Shown in pieces: positions 23,618 through 35,951 of a stretch of 64,000 bases of DNA. Location: NCBI GenBank assembly GCA_043228905.1, contig JBHGNT010000015.1, positions 8,122,001-8,186,000 of the forward strand, in the 5' to 3' direction. The stretch comes from Azolla caroliniana (taxonomy: Eukaryota; Plantae; Polypodiophyta). Below the pieces are notes generated by a model. The model was not told where the DNA came from. It saw only the letters and a program-made list of their open reading frames with translations, and did no database searches. The translations under genes were made by a program, and so were the position numbers. Numbering within the stretch: the first letter of the stretch is position 1; every line of letters begins with the position of its first letter.

Positions 23618-24704
23618 CTAAAAATCCATTCTTGTTTGGGACAAGAGCTCTCTCTTGTTCCTTTCATGATTTGCCAACACCATTAGGAATTGGACGGATT
23701 TCTCTCCGTTTTGGCTCCGAATTCGCGCAAAAGCCGCACCGCTATCGAGGACCTTCGTCTCCATCTGTGATGTCGTGATAAAAGGTTGCCCGAGGATCAC
23801 GGAGTGTGAGACCTCGTCTTGTACGAAGAAATTTTGGTCGATCTCGACATCCCCGATTTTCACCGTCACATCCGGACAAGCCGCAAATAGATCTTCTGTT
23901 GCTTTGGTGGCCGCCCGGATCTTTCACCCATGATTTGTGTTAATAGGCCACTTACCCTTCGGGTAGAATTCCTTGGACATCAAGTTGATCTCCGATCCGT
24001 GATCAATCAATGCTAGCACTTTGATGTTACCGATTCGAACCGGAGTCTCCGTAGTTGCATGTGCCCAATGTGGCTTTGTGTAGTGAGAATTCGGTATTTC
24101 ATCCTCCAATTCAATGTCATTCATTAGAACGGTATTTGCATTCACCCTTGGAGCGTTCTCCTCCGTACTTTGCCTTTTTCTCTTCATGAGATCCACAAGA
24201 AGATCGTGGAACTCCTTCTTCGCTATTCCGAGTAATTCTCGAAGCGAAAAATCTACCTAGCTATCGAGGATTCTCTCCTCGAACACCTTTTTCGATGTCC
24301 GAGGCAAGCTTGAATGCCGGAATCATCTTTTCTTTTCCCTTACCTCCGGAGTTCCAGCTTTCCGGTGTCTTCGATGGACCAGCCGCCTCATCCGTGCGTT
24401 GTCGCTTCTCATCTACATACACTTCATGCAATTGGCATAAAGCAAACACGCTATTCTTATCGACGGGGCACTCCCATCCCGTAGCTTCCCGGATGCCTTC
24501 CGCGGTGCTTCGGATCTTGTTAGAGTCGGTTTTCTCGGTGTTTTCTAGCACTTCCGGCCAAAAAGACACCTTTGCTCCCGATGACTCCCTGACGCGTATT
24601 CCCGCGGTTGTCGCGTAATTGTTCTTCGCCGCTATTTCCTCCTCTAGGACCTTCTTCACGCCGCCTTTTCGGAAGTTCGGTCGGAGCGGCTTCTGAGAGT
24701 CCAT
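23618..24704 (-). pseudogene. Gag-protease linker and aspartic protease (frameshifted)
   Basis: ALIDHGSEINLMS and VILGQPF motifs split across frames. Confidence 0.8.
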
Positions 24705-25658
24705 CTAATGAATCCAATTTCCCTCATAGTAGATAAGATCCTGTCGTAGCGCTTCCTTGTGCTCATCGCAATCCCTCCGATCATGTTCGGTGCTATCGCA
24801 CCATATGCATCGACAGTCCATATACTTGGAACTTGTGGGACTGTCATCCGACTTCTTCACCATCACAATTTTTAGATTCTCCATCTCCTTCAGCAACTGT
24901 TCCACCGTAGTTGCGTCGATTCCCTTCTTAGTCGTAGCTTCCCGAGCCCGCGGTTGATGGTCTTCCGATCCGGATCTCGGTTTCGGAATTGGTTCCGAAA
25001 CCCTCTTTTCTTCGTTGGCAAGCCATTGCCCCCTCTTTGTGTATCGCGCGATGATATCCCGCACGCTTTCCCATGTTTCTGTGAGGCCACTCTCGGTCGT
25101 CGTGTCCTCTAGAAGCACTCCAAGATCCTTCCGGTCCCGGACGTCTACGGCTCGTAAGAACATGATAACTTTGTCCGGTGCGAGGATAGCTTGATCTCTC
25201 GCAGACAACCTCCCGAACCGACTTTCGAATACCGAAAACACATGAAGGACCTTCATCCCCTTGTCCGGCGTTTCTACCCAATCCTTGAATCCTCTCCGCG
25301 TTGCCTTGGAGGAGTCCTCGATAGCGAACGTGGTCTTTAGCGCCTCTTCAACTGCTTCCCACGTCGGATTTTGTTGTCGTAGCACGTGGATACTTGCTTG
25401 AAGCCCGTCGGTAGCTACCCGGTTGAAGGATGTCAATTGCAGTCCTTCCGAAATCCCACATCGTATCATTTCCGCCTGGTAGTCCCGAAGATAGCGCAAT
25501 ACGTCCTTCCCGTTGAATTGTCTGATCCGTTGCACGAGCCGCTCTACTGCCGCCGCTATCTCCGACATCGCACGTTGTTCTTGAAGCATCCGCTCGAACA
25601 TCATCATCATGTTGTTAGCCTCCGGTTGATTTTCCATCTCCTTGCCACCCGTGTTCAC
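24705..25658 (-). CDS. Gypsy gag with CCHC zinc knuckle
   Basis: FNGKDV..YL start and CIWCDSTEHDRRDC knuckle. Confidence 0.85.
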   Translation of the reverse strand: MNTGGKEMENQPEANNMMMMFERMLQEQRAMSEIAAAVERLVQRIRQFNGKDVLRYLRDYQAEMIRCGISEGLQLTSFNRVATDGLQASIHVLRQQNPTWEAVEEALKTTFAIEDSSKATRRGFKDWVETPDKGMKVLHVFSVFESRFGRLSARDQAILAPDKVIMFLRAVDVRDRKDLGVLLEDTTTESGLTETWESVRDIIARYTKRGQWLANEEKRVSEPIPKPRSGSEDHQPRAREATTKKGIDATTVEQLLKEMENLKIVMVKKSDDSPTSSKYMDCRCIWCDSTEHDRRDCDEHKEALRQDLIYYEGNWIH

Positions 25659-25671
25659 GTCGGGTTCACCA
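25654..25671 (-). promoter_or_regulatory. PBS complementary to tRNA-Trp (TGGTGAACCCGACGTGAA)
   Basis: 18-nt match to the recalled plant tRNA-Trp 3' end (...TTCACGTCGGGTTCACCA), 4 nt from the LTR. Confidence 0.85.
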
Positions 25672-28600
25672 CTTGTGTCGTGCCTTTCGGCTCCGGATCG
25701 TTGCGTGAGTCGGGTGGGAACCGTTGGGGTTTTGGACTAGGAGGAAAGAAAATTCTAAGGCACTTAAGAATATGAAATATATTGTCAGAAAGAAAGATAT
25801 GAAAAACTCGTGAATCCCACAAGTATAGTGTATTAGTGAGTACTCAAATTAAGAGAGAAAAATAGTTAGCAAACTCGTGGATCCCACGATTATATTATAT
25901 TAATCAACCCTTGTAAAATAATCAACAACCTCTATACATCTTTTTCTCTTCCTTATATAGCGTTGGAAGAGTCTAAGTTTATCCCATGCAAGCATCATGC
26001 TTTTCCTATCTTTAATTTTCATGCACACTGCATGTGCATGATTAGCTTTCTATCTCATCTTTTCTTTTAACTCGAGTGTCTATGCATGAATAACTTTTTT
26101 TATCATGCATGTCTAGAAATTGTACATGGGATAAAGTTTAGTATAACTTTAAAATTCATAATACGCTAGTATAATGATAAGGCTTAACATTATTAACATG
26201 GAGGTGCAAGGTTCGATTCTTGCCCTATGCATGTAATATATAATTTTACACTTTCTTCTATTTACAAATATGTCTCTTCATCTAGTGAGAGACTCTCACT
26301 GGCCTTCTTCATCCGGCTCTTGCCAGTTCTGCTTCATCCGGTTCTCGCCGGTTTTCTTTCTCCGGTTCTTACCGGATCCTTCTTACCGGTCCTCTTCGTC
26401 CGTTTCTCAGCGACTCTCACTGGCCTTCTTCATCCGGTAGCAATTTTACATGGGATAAAGTTTAGTATAACTTTAAAATTCATAATACTCTAGTATAATG
26501 ATAAGGCTTAACATTATTAACATGGAGGTGCAAGGTTCGATTCTTGACCTATGCATGTAATATATAATTTTATACTTTCTTCTATTTACAAATATGTCTC
26601 TTCATCTAGTGAGAGACACTCACCGGCCTTCTTCATCCGGCTCTTGCCGGTTCTGCTTCATCCGGTTCTCGCCGGTTTTCTTTATCCAGTTCTTACCGGA
26701 GCCTTCTTACCGGTCCTCTTCGTCCGTTTCTGAGCGACTCTCACCGGCCTTCTTCATCCGGCTCTTGCCGGTCTCCTTACCGGTTTCGGTCCTCACTAGT
26801 TCTTCCTTTCGGTTCTCACTAGGTACTCCATATCCTATCCGGAGAAACCAAAAATGTAATTTTACACGTAGTGTGCGAATTACACTACGACAACGTTATG
26901 GCACGGACGACTTGGACACCTCAGCAAGGCCAGCATAACGCACATGTCTAGAGCCGGCTACATGCCCAAACTCTCCTTCTCGAATCACCAATTCTGCGAG
27001 CATTGCTAGTACGACAAACAGGTAGCCACATCACACCCGACATCAGCACCAAGAGAATCGAGCCCCCTCGATTTAGTCCACTCGGACGTCTGTGGCCCGA
27101 TGCCACATCAATCTCTCGGTGGTGCTTCGTACTTCGTCAGTTTCATTGACGACTCGACTCGAAAGGTGTGGGCTTATCCCATCAGAACCAAAGATCGGGT
27201 GTTCTCGATCTTCTTTGAATGGCTTGCAATGGTCGAAAATTAGACCGGTCGGAAACTGAAATGTCTCCGAACCGACAATGGAGGAGAATTCAAGTCTGAA
27301 GAATTCGTCAACTTCAGCCAGGAACGCGGCATTCGACGTGAATATATGGCACCCTATAGTCCAGAGCAGAACGGAATTGTTGAACGCATGAATCGGACGA
27401 TTCAAGAACGCGTAGTATCCATGCTCTAACACTCCGGACTATCGGATGGCTTCTGGGCGGAGGCTCTACTTACGGCAGTACACATAATAAATATGTCGCC
27501 AAGTAGACCTCTAGGACTTCAAATACCTCAGGAAATATGGACCGACAGTAAGCCGAATTATGACAAACTGAGGATCTTCGGTTGCGAGGTGTATGCTCTC
27601 ATACCGAAAGACGACCGTCGGAAACTCGAACCAAGGTCACGGAAATGTGTTTTTCTTGGATATGGACCCGACGGCGAGATCGGATACCGACTCTGGGACC
27701 CCAAACACAGACAAATCGTCCAAAGTTCGAACATCGTGTTCAACGAGTCGGCTATGCATACAACGGCCGAAAGGCCTATTGAAGTCTGAAGGGTAATATT
27801 TTCCGAAGTGCCAACCCTTCATGCCGGCCCAGCCCACAACATGAGATCGGTTTCACGGGTAACCGACAACTCTCACACCGAATCCACCGATTCGGCGTAG
27901 CCGAATGGCTCGACTCCCGACCATCCGACATCAACACCTGGTGCGACTAGTCCAATCATACCTCACAGATCTGAGAGACTGTCGCAACCTCCGGAGAGGT
28001 ACTCTCCCGGAATTTTCTTTACCGACGCCGGTGAACTGACGTCTTACGAAGAAGCATCGGCATCTACCGATTCAGCCACATGGCATCTGGCGATGGAGTC
28101 GGAAATGCACTCCATTCAGGCAAACAAGACATGGGACTTGGTCGAATTACCGAAGAATTGACGTGCTCTTCCGTGTAAGTGGGTCTATCGACTAAAAGAG
28201 ACGTCTAACTCGACCACCCCAAAGTACAAGGCCAGATTAGTTGCAAAGGGATTTCAACAAGAATATGGTGTCGACTTCGACGAAATCTTTTCACTAGTGG
28301 TGAAAATGACGACCCTTCATTTCATGCTCGGCGTCGTGGCCGCCGACAACTTGGAGTTGATTCAACTAGATGTCAAAACGGCATTCCTCCACGGTGACCT
28401 ACAGGAGGAAATCTATATGGAGCAGCTGAAAGGCTTTGTGGCATCCGGCCAGGAACATCTAGTCTGCCGACTCAAGAATAGTCTCTACCGCCTGAAACAA
28501 GCACCTCAACAGTGGTACAAGAAGTTCGACGACTTCATCCAATCAGTCGGCTTCTCAAAGAGCGATGAGGACCATTGTCTCTTCACCAAAACAGCTCAAG

Positions 28601-30729
28601 ACGGGTCTCCCGTCTTCCTCATCATCTACGTGGACGACATGCTACTCTCCGGTCGGCATGCCGGAGAGAGCTCACCGAACTCGTTCGGAAACTGCAGTTG
28701 AAGTTTGCCATGAAGGACCTCGGTCCGACAAGACACATACTCAGTATGAAGATTAGTCGGCATCACGATACACGACAACTTTTCTTGTCTCAAACCGACT
28801 ACATCGGACGTGTCCTGGAACGCTTCAACATGCACTCGGCCAAGTCTGCTTCAACCCTGCTCCCCATCAACCTTCGGCTATCTCAGCGAGACTGCCCGAC
28901 ATTCGGTCCGGAGGGGGAAGATATGAAGTCAGTATTGTATGCACCGGCAGTCGGCTCCCTTATGTATGCGATGGTCGCGACACGGCCTGATATTTCTCAC
29001 GCCGTAGGAGTCGTCAGCAGATTCATGCACAACCCCGGCCGATCGCACTGTAACGCAGTCAAGCATGTGTTCAGATATCTAGCTGGCACAAAAGACCACG
29101 ACATTCTTTTCGGCCTGAACTCAACCTTAGGCGTAGTCGGTTACACCGACTCGGACTTCGCCGGCTGTGTGGACAGTCGGAAATCAACAACTGGATACTG
29201 TTTCAAATTCCGCAATGGAGCAATCTCATGGAAGTCAAAACTTCAGGAGTGCATAGCTACCTCAATGACCGAAGCGGAATATGTAGCTGCGTCCGACGCG
29301 GCAAAAGAAGCTTTATGGCTCGGTCGGCTGGCGCACACATTTCGACAAGTCGACTCCAACTCGGCTCTAGTTGTCTACAACGACAGTCAGGGTGTTGTTG
29401 CCTTGTCAAAAAATCCGGTTCACCACAACGCCTCTAAGCATATCGACATTCGATATCACTTCATTCAGGACTGCGTCATTTCAGGGAAAATCAGTCTCGA
29501 GAAGATATCCACAACCGATAATGTCGCAGATGGAATGACCAAGTGTCTTTCAGAGGATCGTTTTCGGTCCGTTCGGCACTAGATGGGCATAACGAAAAAT
29601 CGGTCCGATTAAAGTCAGACACACAACATAGGATGGTTTCGGACCACCGACATCGGTTCTTTGAGGATCGGCTTTAGCTCTTCCGACCTGACCGGTTCGG
29701 TCCTGTGTCTTCAGATCTTGCCGACTTTGACAAAACCGATCTGTCCGATAAACCTTGTATATATATACCTGTAATTCTTTAGATAACCCATGTATATGCC
29801 CATTACGGGGGAGTGTCGATTACGAGTGCATAATGGTCGTATTCACATTGTCCTTTTGGACAGCCCAAGTTTGGGTCATTTCTGTAAATAGCATAAAGGG
29901 CAGTTGCCCTAGGATAGTCACTATATAAAGTGACTTTGTAACCTTTAGTAAAGGTTGGTTGTTATTTTTTGTAACTGTTGCTATTGAAATATAATTTATA
30001 CGTTGTGTGTGTGTGTCTCTCTCTCTCTCTGTGTCTATCTTCCTCGTGCATACACAGGATCTTCTTCATCACGAATGTTGCTTGCACTTCCGCATTGACG
30101 GCCTTGTCCCCAACACACCCTCCTCCTCCTTGAGACGGGATCGCTTCCCATTGAGATCATGGCCATGGAAAGGGTTGTTGAATACATGCTTAAGGTTCAA
30201 AAAAGTCCCTCACATCAACTTCCTAGAATTGCATGGGAAGCAAACAAAATTATCCAAAAGACACATAAAAGCAAAATTTTGTGTTCCGATTGGATGCAAG
30301 ATATAGAAAAATGGTTTGGTAGATGGGATGCGAGACACTTGCTTCATGATGCATCATTAGATTCCTCTGTAAATGCGGCCTTTTTGCAATGCCAATGTAT
30401 CATGAAATGGGACAAATGTGGAGGCTCACGCTTCACACATTATACTGCACATGTTGCACCTAACTACAAAACCATATTCTTTGTGGAACGGGGAAATTGT
30501 ACACATCGATACATTTAGAGCCCATACCGTTATTTGCCATTGCTTCCATGCGACCTAGCTCACATGCATTGCGATGTGAAACAGGGCGTTGGGGCACAAG
30601 TGATGAGTGTGGTTGGCTATGCACACTTTGCCCTAAACAAGTTCGCGAGTCTGAGTATCACACTTTGATACAATGCTCTGTTGGGTTTACGGTCCCTCCG
30701 GATGGGATGGTCGAATGTCCGGGAATCGA

Positions 30730-30925
30730 GAATGAAGACCCGGTTCCGGATCCGGATGATGAAGACCCCGGTTCCGGATCCGGATGATGAAGATCCCAGC
30801 TACGGAGCCGGATGATGAAGACCCCGGTTCCGGATCCGGATGATGAAGATCCCGGCTACGGAGCCGGATGATGAAGACCCCGGTTACGGAGCCGGATGAT
30901 GAAGACCCCGGTTACGGAGCCGGAT
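30730..30925 (+). repeat. 28-bp minisatellite in the U3 of F (GATGATGAAGACCCCGGTTMCGGAKCCG)
   Basis: 7 units in the 5' LTR and 8 units in the 3' LTR (about 35542-35764). Confidence 0.92.
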
Positions 30926-31081
30926 GCGGGGACATATTTGTGAATATGTTTGCCAAGGGCCCTTGAGGCTATATTTGTAAATAGCCCGAAAGTCATATGT
31001 GTATAAATATGACTTAGGGCAAACAGTTGTGGGTTGTTGCTCATCTTTCTGTTTTCCACTTAGAGGGAGCTAAGTGAGCAG

Positions 31082-31112
<31 letters not shown>

Positions 31113-31406
31113 GAAGAGGTCGTTGCCTCTGTGTATTGCCGCCGCCTGTGGCGAAGACAGTGAGCTCAAGGTTGTTGCTCTGTAGCTTCACCATTGTACA
31201 TCTCTGTTTATAGTGATAGTTGGAGTTTGAGGACTCCCGTGGTTTTTCTCATTTAGGGTTTTCCACGTAAAACATCCTGTGTACTCTTCTCTCTATTGTC
31301 TTCGTGCATTTTGTATTTCCTGTTTTCTGTGAGTTGATCCTATTGCTTGGTGGTGGCCGAGCACTGTGTACGACAAAGTGGAATCAGAGCGACTGCAGTG
31401 CAGAAA

Positions 31407-34400
31407 ATGGAAGGCGGCAGCAGCGGGCAACCGGGGATGATGGTGCTGAATGCGCAGAACTACGCCGACTGGAAGATAAAGATGGAGGATCTGCTCATTG
31501 TTCGGGACCTGTATGAACCGATCGACAGGTCGGAAATACCCAAGGGGGTACTTGAGACGGAATGGAGGCTTCTGAACCGGAAAGCCGTTGCAACCATTCG
31601 GCAATACGTCGACGTGAGCGTTCTACAACATGTGGCGAACGACACCAACGCATATGAGATGTGGCAGAAGCTGTCGGGCCTCTACGAGAGGAAGAATGCG
31701 TTGAACCGGACCTCCCTGATGAGGAAGATAGTGAACCTCAAGTACCGGGACGGCGAGAATATGGTGGAACACGTAAGCACGTTCATGGGATTCGTGAACC
31801 AGCTTGCGGCCATCAAGTTCCCGTTGGAGGATGCAATGCAAGCCATCATTCTGATGTGTACATTGCCGGAAAGCTGGGAGAACTTGGTGGTGACTCTCAG
31901 CACCTCCTGCACCGAAGATAACTTGTCTCTACAAACGGTAAAGACAAGCATTTTGAACGAAGAAGCGCGTCGGAGAGATAAAGAACCGGCCTCCGATCCG
32001 AAGATGCTACTTGCCGAATCGGATCGGGGAAGACAACGGAACCGGAGTCCACAAAGACGGGAGAAGTCGGGGACCCGGTCGCAGTCAAGAGGAAGGCCCA
32101 CATGCTTCCACTGTGGGAAGCCGGGGCACTTCCGAAAGAATTGTCGGCATTACCGAAAAGACAACGGAGCCGACGACACCGATTCGAAGAAGTCACCGGA
32201 GCGAAACGGTGCATACCGGGGAGCCACGGACCGGAGAGGTCCGGATCGGCGAGGGCAGGACCGGAAAGGAACGACGGCACTCGCGGCAAGTGAAGAGGAG
32301 ATCATGCTCATCACCGAAGAAGGTGAACTGAACCTTGCCGGTGAAGAGATGACCTGGGTGGTCGATTCCGGAGCGTCGTTCCACCTGACCCCGGAGAAGA
32401 AATACTTCTCATCCTACACAGCCGGTGAGCACGGCTGTGTCCGGATGGGAAATGAAGGTACATGCCGGATTGCCGGCATAGGAGACGTGTGGCTGATGAC
32501 ATCAACCGGATGCAAGATGCTGTTGAAGGATGTCCGACACGTTCCGGAGGTTCGATTGAACCTGATTTCGGCCGGGAGGCTAGACGATGAAGGCTACACA
32601 GGCAGCATCCGGAACGGTGTAATGAAGTTCAGCAAGGGGAGCCTGATAGTGGCTCGGGCCCGGAAAGTCAACACATTGTACCTTATGAATGCCTGGTTGT
32701 GTCCGGAGGAGTTGAACGTGGCAACCGACACTGCCGGTGAGCTGTGGCACAAGAGACTGTGCCACATGAGTGAGAAGGGGATGAAGAGGCTTGCAGAAGA
32801 CAACCTTATTCCAGTGAAGCATGTGCACCTGGAGAAGTGCACCGATTGCCTGGCCGGTAAGCAGAACCGAACCTCCTTCCACTCAAGGCCACCGACGAGA
32901 CGTAGCGCACCACTGGAGTTGGTGCACACTGACGTGTGTCAAGTAGAAACGAAGTCACATGGCGGAGCCCAGTACTTCGTGACATTCATTGATGACCACA
33001 GCCGGAAACTGTGGACGGCACCGTTGAAGACAAAGGACCAAGTGTTGTGCGTCTTCAAAGAACTCCACGCGAGAATGGAAAGGGAATCCGGCAAGAAGCT
33101 GAAAGCGATACGAGCGGATAATGGAGGGGAATACCGGGGGCAGTTCGCGGAGTACTGTCGCTCGAAGGGAATCCGGCTCGAGTTTACTGTGCCGAAGACG
33201 CCGGAACTGAACGGGCTGGCCGAGAGGATGAACCGGACCATAATGGAGAGGGTCCGGAGTATGTTGGCGCATGCGAAATTACCCAAGGGGTTTTGGGCTG
33301 AGGCAATGTCGACGGCAACATACGTGATAAACAGATCACCCTCAGTACCTTTGGACGGAGACACGCCGCAGAGAGTGTGGACCGGTAGGGAAGTATCCTA
33401 CCGGCATCTGAAGGTGTTCGGGTGTCTCGCATATGTGCATGTGGCAAAGGACCGGAGAGGAAAGCTAGATCCAAAGACCCGGCCATGCATATTCCTCGGT
33501 TACGGCGACGACGAGTTCGGCTACCGAGTATGGGACCCGGTCGACAAAAAGATATTCCGGAGTTGTGATATCATCTTCATGGAGGACAAGACACTCGCCG
33601 ATTGGGAGTCGGAGAAGGAGATGAAGAGCTCCAAGTCGACCGGTGAGGATCAACTCTACGAGGAGCAGTCCCGACCGGCAAGGGACCGGTTAGCACTCGA
33701 GGATCCGGCCGAAGACGGTGAAGAAACAGAACCGGCCGAGGAAGATGAAACTGATACCGGAACCGGCCCCGATCCCGAAATGGATTCGGATGAAGAGGAA
33801 ACGGAGGAGCCGGTTACCGAAGCTCCGGAACGGAGATATCCTCTAAGAGAAAGAAGGGCCCCCCGAAGATTTCCGGAACCAGAGCACGTGCTGCTAACCG
33901 ACGAGGGGGAGCCGGAGAGTTTTGAAGAAGCAAAGCTTGACACCCATAGCCGCAGGTGGTTAAGTGCCATGCAGGAGGAGATGGATTCCCTGCATGAGAA
34001 CCACACATATGAACTTGTGGAGTTGCCGAAAGGAAAGCGGGCACTTCAAAACAAGTGGGTGTTCAAGCTGAAACCGGGAGATGCCGGAAACCCCCCGAGA
34101 TACAAAGCCAGGATCGTGGTGAAGGGGTTCCAGCAGAAGAAGGGCGTCGACTTCGACGAGATATTTGCCCCGGTAGTGAAAATGACCTCCATCCGGACGG
34201 TGCTAAGCATAGCGGCAAGCATGGACCTCGAGGTAGAACAGATGGACGTGAAGACGGCATTCCTTCACGGTGACCTCGAAGAAGAGATCTACATGCAGCA
34301 ACCGGAAGGATTCGAGAAGAAAGGGAAGGAGCACCTGGTATGCCGGTTGAAGAAGAGCCTTTACGGACTGAAGCAGGCTCCCCGGCAATGGTACCGGAAG

Positions 34401-35480
34401 TTCGACTCTTTCATGACCGACGAAGGGTACCACAAAACGCAGTCCCATCACTGCGTGTTTGTGAAGAAGTTCGAAGGTGGAGACTTTCTAATACTCCTCC
34501 TATACGTGGACGACATGTTGATCGTCGGACGGGACCAGGTCAAGATACGGACGCTGAAGAAAGCGCTTCACCGAACCTTCTCAATGAAGGACCTGGGTCC
34601 GGCGAGGCAAATTCTAGGGATGCACATCATCCGGGACCGGAAGAAGAAGCAGTTGTGGCTGTCACAGGAGAAGTACGTGACAAAGGTGCTTCACCGGTTC
34701 AACATGTTGGAAGCAAGACCGGTCGGGTCAACCCTCCCGGCAAACTGCAAGTTGTCCAGCAAGCAAAGCCCCAAGACAAAGGCTGAGAAGGAGGACATGA
34801 TGAAAGTACCATATGCCTCTGCCGTCGGAAGCTTGATGTACGCAATGGTGTGTACAAGACCGGACATAGGATATGTAGTTGGAGTGGTGAGCCGGTACAT
34901 GAGCAATCCCGGCAAAGAGCACTGGAACGCGGTCAAGTGGATACTCCGATACCTGAAGGGCACGGCAAACGTGTGCCTCCGATTCGGCTCCGGTAAGCCC
35001 GAACTCGACGGCTTTACCGATTCGGATATGTCGGCTGATGCAGATACCAGCCGGTCCACATCAGGGTATGTGATGACGTATGCAGGGGGAGCTGTTTCGT
35101 GGCAGTCGAGGCTGCAGAAGATGGTTGCATTGTCAACCACGGAGGCGGAGTACATGGCGGCTGTTCAAGCCGGCAAGGAAATGATATGGATGAAGGACTT
35201 CATTAGAGAGCTCGGTATCCGGCAGGATGAGTACCGACTCTACTGCGACAGTCAGAGTGCCATCCACCTTGCGAAGAACGCGACCTATCACTCCCGGACA
35301 AAGCACATCCAGCGAAGATATCACTGGATCCGGGAAAGGATAGAAGACCAGGAGTTCGTGCTGACGAAGATCCACACGGACGAGAACGGGTCAGATATGC
35401 TGACCAAAGTGCTCACACCCGACAAGCTGGAAGCTTGCCGGAAGAGGGTCGGACTGGAAAGACATCCCATGCCGAAGTGA
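31407..35480 (+). CDS. Copia gag-pol polyprotein (1357 aa from ATG 31407)
   Basis: Uninterrupted ORF with CCHC, protease DSGAS, HHCC, integrase DDE, RT YVDD and RNase H. Confidence 0.96.
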   Translation: MEGGSSGQPGMMVLNAQNYADWKIKMEDLLIVRDLYEPIDRSEIPKGVLETEWRLLNRKAVATIRQYVDVSVLQHVANDTNAYEMWQKLSGLYERKNALNRTSLMRKIVNLKYRDGENMVEHVSTFMGFVNQLAAIKFPLEDAMQAIILMCTLPESWENLVVTLSTSCTEDNLSLQTVKTSILNEEARRRDKEPASDPKMLLAESDRGRQRNRSPQRREKSGTRSQSRGRPTCFHCGKPGHFRKNCRHYRKDNGADDTDSKKSPERNGAYRGATDRRGPDRRGQDRKGTTALAASEEEIMLITEEGELNLAGEEMTWVVDSGASFHLTPEKKYFSSYTAGEHGCVRMGNEGTCRIAGIGDVWLMTSTGCKMLLKDVRHVPEVRLNLISAGRLDDEGYTGSIRNGVMKFSKGSLIVARARKVNTLYLMNAWLCPEELNVATDTAGELWHKRLCHMSEKGMKRLAEDNLIPVKHVHLEKCTDCLAGKQNRTSFHSRPPTRRSAPLELVHTDVCQVETKSHGGAQYFVTFIDDHSRKLWTAPLKTKDQVLCVFKELHARMERESGKKLKAIRADNGGEYRGQFAEYCRSKGIRLEFTVPKTPELNGLAERMNRTIMERVRSMLAHAKLPKGFWAEAMSTATYVINRSPSVPLDGDTPQRVWTGREVSYRHLKVFGCLAYVHVAKDRRGKLDPKTRPCIFLGYGDDEFGYRVWDPVDKKIFRSCDIIFMEDKTLADWESEKEMKSSKSTGEDQLYEEQSRPARDRLALEDPAEDGEETEPAEEDETDTGTGPDPEMDSDEEETEEPVTEAPERRYPLRERRAPRRFPEPEHVLLTDEGEPESFEEAKLDTHSRRWLSAMQEEMDSLHENHTYELVELPKGKRALQNKWVFKLKPGDAGNPPRYKARIVVKGFQQKKGVDFDEIFAPVVKMTSIRTVLSIAASMDLEVEQMDVKTAFLHGDLEEEIYMQQPEGFEKKGKEHLVCRLKKSLYGLKQAPRQWYRKFDSFMTDEGYHKTQSHHCVFVKKFEGGDFLILLLYVDDMLIVGRDQVKIRTLKKALHRTFSMKDLGPARQILGMHIIRDRKKKQLWLSQEKYVTKVLHRFNMLEARPVGSTLPANCKLSSKQSPKTKAEKEDMMKVPYASAVGSLMYAMVCTRPDIGYVVGVVSRYMSNPGKEHWNAVKWILRYLKGTANVCLRFGSGKPELDGFTDSDMSADADTSRSTSGYVMTYAGGAVSWQSRLQKMVALSTTEAEYMAAVQAGKEMIWMKDFIRELGIRQDEYRLYCDSQSAIHLAKNATYHSRTKHIQRRYHWIRERIEDQEFVLTKIHTDENGSDMLTKVLTPDKLEACRKRVGLERHPMPK

Positions 35481-35920
35481 AGGGGGAGTTTGTTGGGTTT
35501 ACGGTCCCTCCGGATGGGATGGTCGAATGTCCAGGAATCGAGAATGAAGACCCGGTTCCGGATCCGGATGATGAAGACCCCGGTTCCGGATCCGGATGAT
35601 GAAGATCCTGGCTACGGAGCCGGATGATGAAGACCCGGTTACGGAGCCGGATGATGAAGACCCCGGTTCCGGATCCGGATGATGAAGATCCCGGCTACGG
35701 AGCCGGATGATGAAGACCCCGGTTACGGAGCCGGATGATGAAGACCCCGGTTACGGAGCCGGATGCGGGGACATATTTGTGAATATGTTTGCCACGGGCC
35801 CTTGAGGCTATATTTGTAAATAGCCCGAAAGTCATATGTGTATAAATATGACTTAGGGCAAACAGTTGTGGGTTGTTGCTCATCTTTTTGTTTTCCACTT
35901 AGAGGGAGCTAAGTGAGCAG

Positions 35921-35951
<31 letters not shown>

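Larger units (their letters stand above)
18824..26892 (-). mobile_element. Full-length non-chromoviral Gypsy (Phygy/Selgy-like), LTRs 18824-20028 and 25676-26892, 4-bp TSD ACGT
   Basis: Near-identical 1.2-kb TG..CA LTRs; ACGT at 18820-18823 and 26893-26896; PPT at 20029-20040(-); gag-PR-RT-RH-INT order. Confidence 0.95.
18655..30071 (+). mobile_element. Degenerate copia 'G' (5' end deleted; coding 18657-18823 plus 26897-29582; 3' LTR 29814 to about 30071)
   Basis: LISVG..D, LWHGRLGH, INT, RT (YVDD) and RH (YTDSD) motifs; PPT GGGGGAG at 29807-29813; interrupted by the 18824-26892 element. Confidence 0.87.

Noticed and set aside
24702-24707. Programmed gag stop-codon readthrough
   Set aside because: The element has other lesions nearby, so a single TAG is more simply decay; sister copies are needed to decide.
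31460-35375. Many overlapping antisense and alternate-frame ORFs
   Set aside because: Shadow ORFs of GC-rich retroelement coding sequence with no independent motifs.
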